From the NCBI GenBank assembly GCA_965248355.1, contig OZ252098.1, forward strand, positions 3,520,001 through 3,584,000: 64,000 nucleotides of DNA, written 5' to 3'. How positions within the stretch are numbered: the stretch's first letter is position 1; each line of letters opens with the position of its first letter. This DNA comes from Candidatus Latescibacterota bacterium (GTDB taxonomy: Bacteria; Latescibacterota; UBA2968; UBA8231). A program made the translations under genes and the position numbers. The notes under the pieces were generated by a model. The model ran no database searches. It saw only the letters and a list, made by a program, of their open reading frames with translations, and had not been told where the DNA came from. Shown in pieces: positions 18,140 to 28,136 of this stretch.

Positions 18140-19534
18140 CTACCCCGCCACCTCGGCCCGGTTGAAGGCCCACAGGGCGAAGAAGAAGGCCAGGGCCGTC
18201 TCCAGCACCAGGACGAGGATGGGCGCCACGCCCGCGGCCACGCTCTCCTCCAGCGGCAGGGGGACTTGCTGGAAGCGCGGGATGTGGCGCGGGTCCAGCT
18301 CTTCCCGGGACATGTAGTCGCCGAGGAACAACACGTGAGGTGAATCCGCGTCGGCCGCGTCGCGGGCCCTCAGGAAGTCGCGCAACGTCTCCCGGTAACC
18401 CCATCCCTGGCGGGCGAAGCTGCGGAAGCGCTGGATGCCGTTGCGCAGCAGGGCCTCAAGGGAATACTGGAAGGCGTAGCCCGGGGAGAGCAGGTTCACC
18501 GTCCGGGCGACCTCGAACTGCCGGATCTCCTGGTCCAGCGCCTCCCAGCGAATCCGGTCCTTCCCTTTCTCCATCTCCTGGATGCGTCGTGCATAACGCT
18601 TCTCCAGGGCGTAGTCGTCGGCCCGGGCCAGCTCCAGGGGGCGGGGCTCGATCCCTTCCCGCTGCAGCGCCGCCCGCACCTCGTTCTCGTGGGTGTCGAT
18701 CTCTTCCCAGATGCCGTCCGGGGATTTCACCGCCGTCACCGCCGCCAGGTATGACGTCTGCGGAATGACGACCATGAGCACGGTCCAGGCGGTGACGAGC
18801 AGCACCAGGGAGGAGGCCGAGCTGCGGGCCAGGGCCGAGACCCCGGCGGCCAGCAGCAGGAAGAGGGCGATGAAGATCGCCGTTCCCAGCAGGAAGAAGG
18901 CGTAGCTCGACCAGATCGCCCCGTCCGGTTCCAGCACTCCGCCGAGGACCAGGATGAGCAGGCTGAGCAGGCTGCCCACCGCGGTGGCGGCCAGCAGGGT
19001 GACCAGGTGGGCGCCGACCTTGGCCAGCAGGAAGCGGCCCCGGGACAGGGAGTTGGTCAGCACCAGCAGCAGGGTGCCGTTCTCCCGCTCTCCGCAGACG
19101 GCGTTGTAGGCCAGGACGACACACAGGAAGGAGAGCACGTAGCGCACGATGACGGCCCAGTCCACCACCTCGAAGCGGCGCATCCACCGGTTGGTGGTGC
19201 GCGAGCTGGCGAACCCGGGAATGGCGCCCGATGCCGGGTTGACGTACATGGCGTACCGGAACCAGTCGGAGCCGGCCTCGGCCATGAACTCGGTGCCCAC
19301 CTCGGCGCCCCGGATCTTGTAGCTGGTCGCGGCGGCGTCCCCCGTGGTCTCCACCCGCCCGTAGCGCTCCTCGTTGAGCTTGGTGATGCGCGCCACTTCC
19401 TCGGAGAGGTTACCCGTCTTCATGGTGTAGATGACGCCATTCGCCCCGAAGAACATCAGCAGGATGATCAGGCTGATCTGGAAGCGCAGGGACAGGAGAT
19501 TGTCGCGCAGCTGGTGGAGGAAGATCGGTCCCAT
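18140..19534 (-). CDS. ABC-2 type transporter permease
   Basis: YNAVCGERENGTLLLVLTNSLSRGRFLLAK; multiple TM helices with large extracytoplasmic loops. Confidence 0.85.
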   Translation of the reverse strand: MGPIFLHQLRDNLLSLRFQISLIILLMFFGANGVIYTMKTGNLSEEVARITKLNEERYGRVETTGDAAATSYKIRGAEVGTEFMAEAGSDWFRYAMYVNPASGAIPGFASSRTTNRWMRRFEVVDWAVIVRYVLSFLCVVLAYNAVCGERENGTLLLVLTNSLSRGRFLLAKVGAHLVTLLAATAVGSLLSLLILVLGGVLEPDGAIWSSYAFFLLGTAIFIALFLLLAAGVSALARSSASSLVLLVTAWTVLMVVIPQTSYLAAVTAVKSPDGIWEEIDTHENEVRAALQREGIEPRPLELARADDYALEKRYARRIQEMEKGKDRIRWEALDQEIRQFEVARTVNLLSPGYAFQYSLEALLRNGIQRFRSFARQGWGYRETLRDFLRARDAADADSPHVLFLGDYMSREELDPRHIPRFQQVPLPLEESVAAGVAPILVLVLETALAFFFALWAFNRAEVAG

Positions 19535-19550
19535 GAGAGCAGCTCCGGAG

Positions 19551-21113
19551 TCAGCGCGGATCGTAGCGCAGGAAACGCGAGATGGTGATCAGCACGGCCA
19601 GGCCGAAGCTCAGGACCAGGATGACGAGGCCCGGCATCATCACGCCGAAGGAGGCGGCCAGCGATCGCTGCCAGCGGCCTCCGAAGCGGGGCATGTCCGT
19701 CAGGTCCAGCCCCACCGCGCCCGCGGACCGGCCCTGTTCCCGGGCCTCCGCCCAGGCCATGCGCTGTCTCATGAAGGGCGCGTCGGCGGCCAGCATCGCC
19801 TCGGTCACCGACGCCGGATCGGCGATCATGGGCTCCTGGCCTTCCGGGTCGTCGCTGAACCAGCGGCGGCTGGAAAAGGCCTCCTTGCCGCGCAGGTACT
19901 CGATGTAGGTTCGGCGGTAGTCCCGGCCCTCCCCCACCAGGTGGAAGCGGTCGTCCAGGGTGGTGCGCGCCAGCAGGTAGGAGAGCACCTGGTAGTTGGT
20001 GAAGGGCGAGAGGATCGACCACTCGTCGACCAGATGGCTCATCCGCGCCAGGGGCCCCCAGTTGGCCCAGTGGTATCGGTACCGGCGGTCGGCCAGCTCC
20101 AGGCGCTTGTCCATGGCGAAGGCGTTCCTCCGCTGCATCCACTCGTATCCGCGGGGATGTGCGTAGCGCAGCACGCCGCGGCGCTCAAGCCCCTTGAGGT
20201 AGGCTTCGGGCGGCGAAGGGTGCCTCTCCTCCCACTCCTCCATCGTCTTCTCGAACTCGTTCCAGAGTTGCCGGTTCTGTTCGCGGAACTCGTCGGCCGG
20301 CGGGGCCTTCACGCCGTAGCGGCTCAGCGACGGCAGGACGTTGATGTATCCCACGCCGCCCACCAGCCAGGCGAAGAGGCAGATGATCAGGGCCGTGTCC
20401 GTGCCGCGCACCAGGGAGGAGACCATCAGGCTCAGGGCGAAGACCTGGCCGAGGAACAGGCAGGAGAGGAGGAAGAAGACGCCCAGGCGCACCCAGTCGT
20501 CGCCGGCCAGATGAATGTCGGGGTGGCCCACCAGGATGAGCAGGGAAAGGACGAAGGCCAGGGCGAAGGGGATCCACAGGGAGATCATGCCGCTCAGCAG
20601 CTTGGCCAGGACCACGTGGCCCCGCGGTACCGGGTTGACGAGCAGCTGCTTGAGCGTGCCCCTCTCCCGCTCCCCGCAGATGCCGTCGAAGCCCAGGACC
20701 ACGGCCAGGAAGCTGAGCAGCACGGCCACCACGGTGGCGAAGTCGATCTGCACCAGGATCCTCATGAAGTTGCTGTCGAAGCTCTCCGCCAGCTCCCAGG
20801 CCGACACGGGCACCTGGTCCAGGCGGATCCAGATCGACTGTCCCGCCGTGCTCACCACCCCCCGGCAGAGGATGGCCAGGGGCTGGGGCGGCACCACGAC
20901 GCGGGGGCCGACCTGGGAATAGACGGCCACCTCCTCCAGGTTCTCCTCGATCTCCCGTATCTCCCTCTCGTAGACATCCACGTTGCGTGCATAGTCCACG
21001 GTGCCGATGAAGGTCGTCAGCACCGACAGGACCACTGTGAAGGTCACGGCCACGCCCAGGCGCAAGGTGAGCAGGTTGGTCAGCAGCTCCTTGCGTACGA
21101 GGGTCCAGATCAT
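19551..21113 (-). CDS. ABC-2 type transporter permease (paralog of neighbour)
   Basis: MIWTLVRKELL; FDGICGERERGTLKQLLVNPVPRGHVVLAKL; C-terminal FLRYDPR. Confidence 0.87.
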   Translation of the reverse strand: MIWTLVRKELLTNLLTLRLGVAVTFTVVLSVLTTFIGTVDYARNVDVYEREIREIEENLEEVAVYSQVGPRVVVPPQPLAILCRGVVSTAGQSIWIRLDQVPVSAWELAESFDSNFMRILVQIDFATVVAVLLSFLAVVLGFDGICGERERGTLKQLLVNPVPRGHVVLAKLLSGMISLWIPFALAFVLSLLILVGHPDIHLAGDDWVRLGVFFLLSCLFLGQVFALSLMVSSLVRGTDTALIICLFAWLVGGVGYINVLPSLSRYGVKAPPADEFREQNRQLWNEFEKTMEEWEERHPSPPEAYLKGLERRGVLRYAHPRGYEWMQRRNAFAMDKRLELADRRYRYHWANWGPLARMSHLVDEWSILSPFTNYQVLSYLLARTTLDDRFHLVGEGRDYRRTYIEYLRGKEAFSSRRWFSDDPEGQEPMIADPASVTEAMLAADAPFMRQRMAWAEAREQGRSAGAVGLDLTDMPRFGGRWQRSLAASFGVMMPGLVILVLSFGLAVLITISRFLRYDPR

Positions 21114-21196
21114 GCGGCTCTTTCCAGATGGCAACGGTGCCGCCGCCCCAGGTTCCGTTGCGCCGGGAAACCCTGATCCCGGCGATCAAAGGGTCG

Positions 21197-22714
21197 CTAT
21201 TCGAGGTAGAGCAATCCCCGGCTGTGCACGCCGCCGGGGTGGACCAGGCGCGCCAGATAGACTCCCGCCGCCACCGCCGATCCGCGCTGGTCCCGGGCGT
21301 CCCAGTGCACCCGGTGGGAGCCGGCGGACTGGAACTCGTCCACCAGGACCCGCACCGGTTGGCCGAGCATGTTGTAGATCTCCAGGCGCACGTGTCCGGG
21401 GGCGGCCAGCCGGTAGGGAATCCAGGTGGAGTTGTTGAAGGGGTTGGGTGAATTGGGCTCCAGGCCGCTGGAGACGGCAGCCTCTTGCGCTCGCGCCTCC
21501 CTGGCCGCCCCTGGCTCGACCTTGCCCCGCAGGGCCTGCACCTCCGCGGCCGTCAGCGCCCGGTCGTATATCCAGAGATCGTCCAGCGACCCGTCCAGGA
21601 CCTGGTTCGGGTCGAAGTCCCCGCCCAGCCGGTCCTGCTCCTGGCCGATGATCAGGCCGCCCTCCTCGACCGTCAGCGCTCTGTACTCGAGGTCTCCGCA
21701 AAGGTCGGTCTGGCCCACGCCGTCCACGTAGAAGGCGGCGTTCCCCTCGGCGGCGTTGCGGACCACGACGATGTGATGCCACTGCCCGTCCGCGATCGGC
21801 GGGATGTCCACGTCACACCACCCGTAGTGGTGACCCTGCGTCCCGTGCGAATAGAAGCGGAGGATTCTCTGGCTCAATAGGTAGACGATGTGCTCGTTGT
21901 CCTTGCTCCGGTTGGCGGCGCTCACGATGGCCTGGCTGCCGGACTTGGTGGTCCTGAGCCAGAAGGAGATGCTCACGTCCCGCAGGCCGTCGAGCACCTC
22001 GTGGGGCAGATCGATGCGATCCTGCGTCCCCTGGAACACCAGGGCCCCGGCCTCGTTGCCGAAACGATCCTCCCCGGCATCCGGACCGGAGAGGGTGCCG
22101 TGATAGGCGTTGACACTCGCGTCCCGGGCGTCTCCATCGAGGGGATAGTGGGCTACCAGTCTCCCCCCGGGCCCGGCCGGGAGCCGCCGCACCAGGCCTG
22201 AATCCAGTACCAGTTCCAGCGCCTGGCGGCGGTTGCGGTTTATTGGGATGCTGCTCCAATGCCTGACCACCTCGCCGGCGGGATTGAGCGCCCGGGCCTG
22301 GTAGTACCCGCTGACAAAGGACCGGTCAGCGGCGGGAATGGTCAGTACCAGCCGGCCGGATGCGTCGGTGACGCCGCTCCAGGCGTAGTCGGGCGGCCGG
22401 CCGGAGATGGAACGGGAAAGCTCGATGGTCAGGCCCGAGACCTCACCGCCCCGGAGGGTCACCTCGATCACGGTGACATCCTGGACGGCCATCGGCGCCG
22501 CCCATGCGGCGGGTCCATCGATCACCAGGGAGACCGCCAGCAGAAACGAGCGGACTCCGAATCCGTGCTCGCCTGTTGGTTGCGCTCCCGGGCCGGAAGT
22601 ATCCCCGCGAACCGTCCGCGAAGGCCCCGTGGGGCGCGCACCTGGTGATGGGAGCCGCCGTCGGGCGGACCGGCCGGACCCGGCAGGCGCACTCGTAGAC
22701 CACTCACGCAGCAT
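21197..22714 (-). CDS. Secreted LamG-like jellyroll protein with FlgD-Ig/T9SS-like C-terminal domain (start uncertain)
   Basis: LVAHYPLDGDARD...DRFGN..GAL.F; DGQWHHIV; IIGQEQD.LGG; GSLDDLWIYDRALT; NSPNPFN...WDARDQRGSAVAAGVY; RBS AAGGGAG before ATG 22714. Confidence 0.8.
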   Translation of the reverse strand: MLREWSTSAPAGSGRSARRRLPSPGARPTGPSRTVRGDTSGPGAQPTGEHGFGVRSFLLAVSLVIDGPAAWAAPMAVQDVTVIEVTLRGGEVSGLTIELSRSISGRPPDYAWSGVTDASGRLVLTIPAADRSFVSGYYQARALNPAGEVVRHWSSIPINRNRRQALELVLDSGLVRRLPAGPGGRLVAHYPLDGDARDASVNAYHGTLSGPDAGEDRFGNEAGALVFQGTQDRIDLPHEVLDGLRDVSISFWLRTTKSGSQAIVSAANRSKDNEHIVYLLSQRILRFYSHGTQGHHYGWCDVDIPPIADGQWHHIVVVRNAAEGNAAFYVDGVGQTDLCGDLEYRALTVEEGGLIIGQEQDRLGGDFDPNQVLDGSLDDLWIYDRALTAAEVQALRGKVEPGAAREARAQEAAVSSGLEPNSPNPFNNSTWIPYRLAAPGHVRLEIYNMLGQPVRVLVDEFQSAGSHRVHWDARDQRGSAVAAGVYLARLVHPGGVHSRGLLYLE

Positions 22715-22761
22715 GAGTTGCTCCCTTGGGAGAACCTGCCGGGCGTCCGTGGTTGGCCTGC

Positions 22762-23406
22762 TCAGTTCGACCCCGCCCAGCGCACACCCTGGGTGATGAG
22801 CGTCTGCATGGCAGGGCGGCGGAAGGTGTCGGCGGTGTGGCCCAGGGTGGTGTAGAACACGCGGCCCTCCTCGTAGGGCCTGACCCAGGCCATGGGATGG
22901 TCCTTGCCGCTCCACTCGGCGGTGGCCAGGATCCGAATGCCGGGATCCCAGGCGGACATGTAGATCTCGTCCTCCACCTCGAAGTCGGAGAGACCCCGGG
23001 TCACGGGATGAGAGGGGTCCGCGATGTTGACGGTGAAGGTCAGGCCGGGGGGATGCCAGTTGGCGTGGCCTCCGAGGAGATCTACGGCGCGCGTGTCGAC
23101 CCACCAGGCGGTGCCGTGAACGCCCACCAGGCCCCTGCCGCCGGCGACGAACTCGAAGAGCCCGTCTTCCTGGGCGGGTGTGAGGTCGCGCTCCCTCGCG
23201 ACTTCCCCGTCCGGCCTCTGCACGGCGCGCGTGAACCCGGTGCCGAACACGCAGACATGGAACTCCTGAAGCGACGGAGAGGTGAGTATGGCCTTGTCCT
23301 TCTCCAGCTCCACCTCCAGGTCGCCTGCCGAATCGAGAAACGCGCGGATCACCTCGGCGCTCTGGTCGAAGCCGTGGTTCTCGCCTGACAGAACCAGAAT
23401 CCTCAT
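22762..23406 (-). CDS. ThuA-like (class I glutamine amidotransferase-like) domain protein
   Basis: GRGLVGVHG, HPVTRGLSDFEVEDEIY, PMAWVRPYEEGRVFYTTLGH. Confidence 0.88.
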   Translation of the reverse strand: MRILVLSGENHGFDQSAEVIRAFLDSAGDLEVELEKDKAILTSPSLQEFHVCVFGTGFTRAVQRPDGEVARERDLTPAQEDGLFEFVAGGRGLVGVHGTAWWVDTRAVDLLGGHANWHPPGLTFTVNIADPSHPVTRGLSDFEVEDEIYMSAWDPGIRILATAEWSGKDHPMAWVRPYEEGRVFYTTLGHTADTFRRPAMQTLITQGVRWAGSN

Positions 23407-23451
23407 CGCGTCCTCCCCGGATGCAGGCCGGCCTGCGTGCCCGGCATCCCT

Positions 23452-23481
23452 TTGACATGGTCGCTGCCCCGAACCTAAAAT
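23452..23481 (+). promoter_or_regulatory. Sigma70-like promoter
   Basis: TTGACA-18 nt-TAAAAT upstream of the ankyrin gene. Confidence 0.6.
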
Positions 23482-23588
23482 CCGCGCTGGACCACCGCCA
23501 GGGTGGTTTTTCCTTGCCGGCTGCACCGCCCCGCGGCCGGATGTGGTATCCATCGCGCGCTCCGGCATTCCGCCACCAAGGGAGCTTC

Positions 23589-25076
23589 ATGTCCACCGAT
23601 CCACCCGGCGGCACCGGTCCGTCGAGCCAGGCCGGGACATCGCTGCGGGAGCGGGCCGACCGGTTCGCCGATCTGGCCTGTCTGTCCTATTTCGGCACCG
23701 ATCACGTCAGCCGCCGCGAGCAGGCCGCCCGGCTGCTCGCCGAGTCTCCGGAGCTCACCGCGGTGAGCTGCCATGCCGCTGCCGCCGCCTTCGACCTGGA
23801 AGCCCTGAGAGAGCATCTGGCCCGGGATGGCGGCGCCGCCGTCGCCGCCGGAGGGCCGCGGGACTGGCCGCCCCTGCTCTACGTCTGCTACAGCCGCATC
23901 CCCGAGGCCCCGCACCGCGACGCCGTGACCGCCGCGAAGGTGCTGCTCACCGCGGGCGCCGCCGGGGATACGTGCATTGTCGCCGAGGAGTTGGGCGGCT
24001 GGCGCTGGACGGGTCTCACCGGAGCCATGGGTGAAGGGGAGGACGGCCTCCTCCAGCAGCCGCCCCATGCGAGGGCGCGGGAACTGGCCGGGATCCTGCT
24101 GGACGCAGGCGCCGATCCGAATGATTCGCAGGGGCTCTACAACACCATGTTCACGCCGGACAACCAGTGGCTGGAGCTGCTCCTGTCCCACGGGCTGAAG
24201 GCCTCCGACGTCGTCGACCCGGACGGGGACCCGCCGATCAGGACCCTGGACTACCAGCTGTCCCAGGCGGTGAAGATGGGCAACCTGGAACGGGTGTCGC
24301 TCCTGCTCGAGCACGGCGCCGACATCGACGCCACCGACATCTACAACGGCCGCTCCAACTACGAGAACGCCCTGCTCCACGGCTATCCCGAGATCGCGGA
24401 GATGCTGGCCGGGCACGGCGCCGAGATCCGGGAGCTGTCCCTCGAAGACCGGTTCACCGCCGCCGTGATGAGCGGCGACGAGAGCGGGGCCGGAGAGCTG
24501 CTGGAGGCCGAGCCCGGCCTGATCGAGAACCCGGCCCTGCTCCAGGAAGCGGTCAACAACCCCGCGGCGACCCGGTTGCTGCTGGAGCTGGGCGCCGATC
24601 CGAACGCGCCGAAGGTGAATGGCCGCGCCCCCCTCCACGAGGCGGCCTGGTCCGACAACGCCGAGGTCGTCCAGCTCCTGCTGGCCCGTGGAGCGCGCTG
24701 CGAGATCCGCGAGCGCGAGCACAATGCCACGCCGGTGGGCTTCGCCAACCACGCCGGCAACTTCGAGCTGCGCGATCTGCTGCTCGAACACAGCCGGGAC
24801 GTCTTCGACCTGGCGGCCTTCGGCCGGGCCGGCCAGCTGGCCGACCTCCTGGCTTCGGATCCGGCCCTGGCCAGGGCCCGCGGCGCCGGGGGCCACACAC
24901 CGGTCCACGCCGTCAAAGGGGGGCCCGCTTGCGCACGGATGCTCGACCTGCTGCTCGCCCACGGCGCCGACATCGAGGCGGCGGCCAACGACGGCGCCAC
25001 GCCCCTTTCCTCGGCCCTCGAACGCGGCGACGAGGCGCTCGCGGCGCTTCTGAGGGCTCGCGGCGCCCGGGAATGA
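23589..25076 (+). CDS. Ankyrin-repeat protein
   Basis: Repeated LLEHGADID, LLELGADPN, GRAPLHEAA, GATPLSSA; WPPLLYVCYSR. Confidence 0.9.
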   Translation: MSTDPPGGTGPSSQAGTSLRERADRFADLACLSYFGTDHVSRREQAARLLAESPELTAVSCHAAAAAFDLEALREHLARDGGAAVAAGGPRDWPPLLYVCYSRIPEAPHRDAVTAAKVLLTAGAAGDTCIVAEELGGWRWTGLTGAMGEGEDGLLQQPPHARARELAGILLDAGADPNDSQGLYNTMFTPDNQWLELLLSHGLKASDVVDPDGDPPIRTLDYQLSQAVKMGNLERVSLLLEHGADIDATDIYNGRSNYENALLHGYPEIAEMLAGHGAEIRELSLEDRFTAAVMSGDESGAGELLEAEPGLIENPALLQEAVNNPAATRLLLELGADPNAPKVNGRAPLHEAAWSDNAEVVQLLLARGARCEIREREHNATPVGFANHAGNFELRDLLLEHSRDVFDLAAFGRAGQLADLLASDPALARARGAGGHTPVHAVKGGPACARMLDLLLAHGADIEAAANDGATPLSSALERGDEALAALLRARGARE

Positions 25077-25133
25077 GGTATCATTAGTTCCGCCAGGCCG
25101 CCGGCCGACGGCGGCCCCACGGGGAGAATCGAG

Positions 25134-26009
25134 ATGGCCAAACGCGATGTAGACTTCGATCCCACCGAGGGGATCGGCTTCATGAACGTCGACGACATCG
25201 ACTACGGGGCCATGACCCTCGGCGAGAAGATGCGCCACCTCGAGGTCGAGGGGTACGTGGTCCTTCCGGACGCGCTCGACGCCGCCCACATGGAGCGGAT
25301 CAATCAGGAGATGGCGGCCGCGCCCATGGGGACCAAGGACTACAGCGACTGCCAGACCTTTCACCGGGAGCCCCAGTGGTACAGCCCGGCCGTGGCCGAG
25401 ATGATCGCCAACCCCCCGGTAGTGGAGCTCCTCGAGGCCCTGTGCGGGGAGGACATCGTCTTCACCCGCGGGCTGTTCACGCGGACCCTGGCCGGATCGC
25501 CCCCCATCTCCCTGCACACCGACGGTCAGCCCTTCGGCTCCTCGATCTTCGGGTACGAGGGCAGTTCCCCCAGGCTGCTGCGCGTGCTCTACTACCTCGA
25601 CGACCTCACGCCGGAGCGGGCGCCCCTGCGCGTGCTGCCGCGCTCCCACCTCTCCTATCACGCCGACGCCAACCCGTACGTCCGCTACAAGTCGCACCCG
25701 GGGGAGCTGACCATCTGCGCCAGTGCGGGCACCGCCGTCCTCTTCCCCGTCAACATCTTCCACGGCACCCATCCCAACCGGGACGACTCGCTGCGAACCC
25801 TGATTCAATTCGGGTACCGTCCGGCGTGGGCGGGTCCCATCCAGCCCATGGAGGAGTGGGATCCCGAGCTGGTCGCCGCGGCGCCGGCCGTGGCCCGGCG
25901 CTTTCTGCGGAGCCTCAACACCTCCGGAGTCGACTGGGAGCAGCCTCACAAGCCCGTGGGCATGAGGTCGGAGGCGCCGGCCATCGCTCCCGAGCGATGG
26001 GAACGGTGA
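25134..26009 (+). CDS. Phytanoyl-CoA dioxygenase (PhyH) family Fe(II)/2OG oxygenase
   Basis: EGYVVLPD, LHTDG (HxD), YYLDDLT...LRVLPRSH, FHGTHPN. Confidence 0.88.
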   Translation: MAKRDVDFDPTEGIGFMNVDDIDYGAMTLGEKMRHLEVEGYVVLPDALDAAHMERINQEMAAAPMGTKDYSDCQTFHREPQWYSPAVAEMIANPPVVELLEALCGEDIVFTRGLFTRTLAGSPPISLHTDGQPFGSSIFGYEGSSPRLLRVLYYLDDLTPERAPLRVLPRSHLSYHADANPYVRYKSHPGELTICASAGTAVLFPVNIFHGTHPNRDDSLRTLIQFGYRPAWAGPIQPMEEWDPELVAAAPAVARRFLRSLNTSGVDWEQPHKPVGMRSEAPAIAPERWER

Positions 26010-26056
26010 ACCCTCCGCCGACCCTCGACGGGACCTGAGAAAGCACCGCGCCGCCG

Positions 26057-27037
26057 ATGCTCCGGATAGCCCTCATCGGTTGCGGCGCGAAAGCCGACCC
26101 CTACGTCACGGCCGCAAAGCGGGTCCCCGACCTGGAGATCACGGCCGCAGCCGACCTGGACTCCGATCGGGCGGCCCGGGTGGTCCGCTCCGCCGGTTTC
26201 CACCTCTGGGCGGCGTCCCTCGGCGAGCTGCTCCACACCGCCGCCGAAGCCTTCGACGCCGTCATCGTCACCACCCCTCCGGCGACGCGGGCCTCCCTCG
26301 TTCAGCAGGCGGCGCGGGCCGGCAAGCACGTCCTGGTCGAGCCGCCCCTGGCGGCTGGCGCGGAAGAGGCCGAGCGAGTCACCGCGGCCGCACGCGCCGC
26401 CGGGGTTCGGCTCATGCCCGCCCACGAGGACCGCTTCCGGGGCGACGGCCGCGCCGTCAAGGCCAGCCTCGACCAGGGGGAGCTGGGGCGGCCGGGCCTG
26501 CTTCGCATCCACCATTGGGTCCCGGGCTCGGAAAACGGCAACGCCGCCCCCCGCGCCCTGGCGGCCCTGGACCTGGCCCTGTGGATGTTCGACGGCCTGC
26601 CCACCCACGTCCATGGGTCGGCGCGGCCCTGCGGCGCGGCCACCCTCTCCGAGGCCGAGTACCTCCAGGTCCACCTCGGCTTCGAGGGCGGGGGCATGGC
26701 GCTCATCGACCTGACGCGCACTCTTCCGGCCGGCGACGGGTACCGGTCCCTGGCCCTCATCGGGTCGCTGGGGGCCGCCCACGCCGACGAGCATCACAAT
26801 GTTCAACTGCTCTACGGCGGAGGCCGGGCGCAGGCGGTGCTCACGGAGGCCGATGAATCGGTGCCGGCCCTGGTGCTCGCGGAATTGGCCGCGGCCGTCG
26901 CCGACGGACGGGATCCCTCCGTGGCAGGCGAGGACGCAGCGGCCGTGCTGAGAGTCGCGGAGGCCGCGGCCTCCTCGTGGGCCGCCGAGGCCGCCTTCAG
27001 GCGTGGGAGTGCGGAAGGACGATATGACCTCGCCTGA
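26057..27037 (+). CDS. Gfo/Idh/MocA family oxidoreductase (degenerate motifs)
   Basis: RIALIGCG, AGKHVLVEPPLA, GELGRPGLLRIH. Confidence 0.8.
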   Translation: MLRIALIGCGAKADPYVTAAKRVPDLEITAAADLDSDRAARVVRSAGFHLWAASLGELLHTAAEAFDAVIVTTPPATRASLVQQAARAGKHVLVEPPLAAGAEEAERVTAAARAAGVRLMPAHEDRFRGDGRAVKASLDQGELGRPGLLRIHHWVPGSENGNAAPRALAALDLALWMFDGLPTHVHGSARPCGAATLSEAEYLQVHLGFEGGGMALIDLTRTLPAGDGYRSLALIGSLGAAHADEHHNVQLLYGGGRAQAVLTEADESVPALVLAELAAAVADGRDPSVAGEDAAAVLRVAEAAASSWAAEAAFRRGSAEGRYDLA

Positions 27038-28079
27038 AGTGCTTCCGGTCCTGGTCATGGGCGGCGTGAAGCACCTCTACATCGTGAACGGCCTGGCGGC
27101 TCACCCTCGGTTTGAGCTGGCCGCCCTTACCGACGAGGAAGATGCGCCGGACTGGGTGCACGAACGCAACGAGGCCGCGGCCGCCGCCTTCGGCCTCCCG
27201 TACGAGCGCGGCGTGTCCGCGGCCATCGCCCGCTACCGGCCACGGGTAGCCTGTGTCAGCCCGGAGGTCGGGCGCCACGCAACCCTGAGCGTGAGGGCTG
27301 CCGAGGCGGGGCTGCACATCGTCCAGGACAAGCCCATGGCGCTGACCCTGGCGGAGTGTGACCGTGTGGTGGCGGCCGTGGAAGAGGCGGATGTGCGGTT
27401 CCTCATGTGGAACCGGAACACCTTCCCCTCCATCCTGCAGGCGTGCGAGGTCCTGGCCGGCGGCGGCATCGGAGATCCCCGCGCCGTCCACGTGGACTTC
27501 TTCTTCGCCAAGGATGCCGGTGTCCTGCTGGGCTCCGGCGAGCCGGAGGAGATCCCGGCCGGCCAGGAGGTCCTCGGAGAGCTGACCGTCGAGGGGATCT
27601 ACCCCATGGCCTACATCCACGGGCTCCTGGGCGTCCCCGTGCGGCGCGTCTTCGCCCGCACCACCGCCCACTTCTTCCAGCGCCACGCAGACCGCGGCGT
27701 GGAGGACCTGGCCTCGGTGACCTTGGAGATGGAGGACGGGACCCTGGGCTCCGTGTGCATCGGCCGCATCGGGGAGCCCGCTCACCCCAACATCGGCGAG
27801 CTGCGGCTGCACATCCTGGGAACCAGGGGAGCCCTCGTCCTAGCCGAGCCCCGGCCCGAGGTCTCGGTCTATGCCAGGGCACTCAAACCCGAGGACCACC
27901 GCCAGCGGCGAGTGGGCGTCGACTACGAGCGCCGCCTCCTGGACGACTTTGCCCGGGCCATCGACACCGGGTCCGACACCCTGGTGACCGCCCGCGACAG
28001 CCGGGCCATCGCCGCCACCGTGCTCGCCGCCGTCGAGTCAGGGCGGACCGGGCGGGCTGTGGATGTGCCGCGGGGTTGA
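27024..28079 (+). CDS. Gfo/Idh/MocA family oxidoreductase
   Basis: AGLHIVQDKPMA, GIGDPRAVH, VEDLASVTLEMEDG, ESGRTGRAV. Confidence 0.85.
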   Translation: MTSPEVLPVLVMGGVKHLYIVNGLAAHPRFELAALTDEEDAPDWVHERNEAAAAAFGLPYERGVSAAIARYRPRVACVSPEVGRHATLSVRAAEAGLHIVQDKPMALTLAECDRVVAAVEEADVRFLMWNRNTFPSILQACEVLAGGGIGDPRAVHVDFFFAKDAGVLLGSGEPEEIPAGQEVLGELTVEGIYPMAYIHGLLGVPVRRVFARTTAHFFQRHADRGVEDLASVTLEMEDGTLGSVCIGRIGEPAHPNIGELRLHILGTRGALVLAEPRPEVSVYARALKPEDHRQRRVGVDYERRLLDDFARAIDTGSDTLVTARDSRAIAATVLAAVESGRTGRAVDVPRG

Positions 28080-28091
28080 CCTCCGCCGGTA

Positions 28092-28110
28092 TGTGTAATA
28101 TGTATACACA
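28092..28110. promoter_or_regulatory. AT-rich inverted repeat, probable toxin-antitoxin operator
   Basis: TGTGTA-N7-TACACA downstream of TTGACC and upstream of the antitoxin ATG. Confidence 0.55.
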
Positions 28111-28136
28111 GACTCACAAGGAAGGCGGAGGTAAGG

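Noticed and set aside
22715..23614. N-terminal extension making the LamG protein 805 aa
   Set aside because: Overlaps the ThuA gene in another frame; a better RBS and ATG exist at 22714
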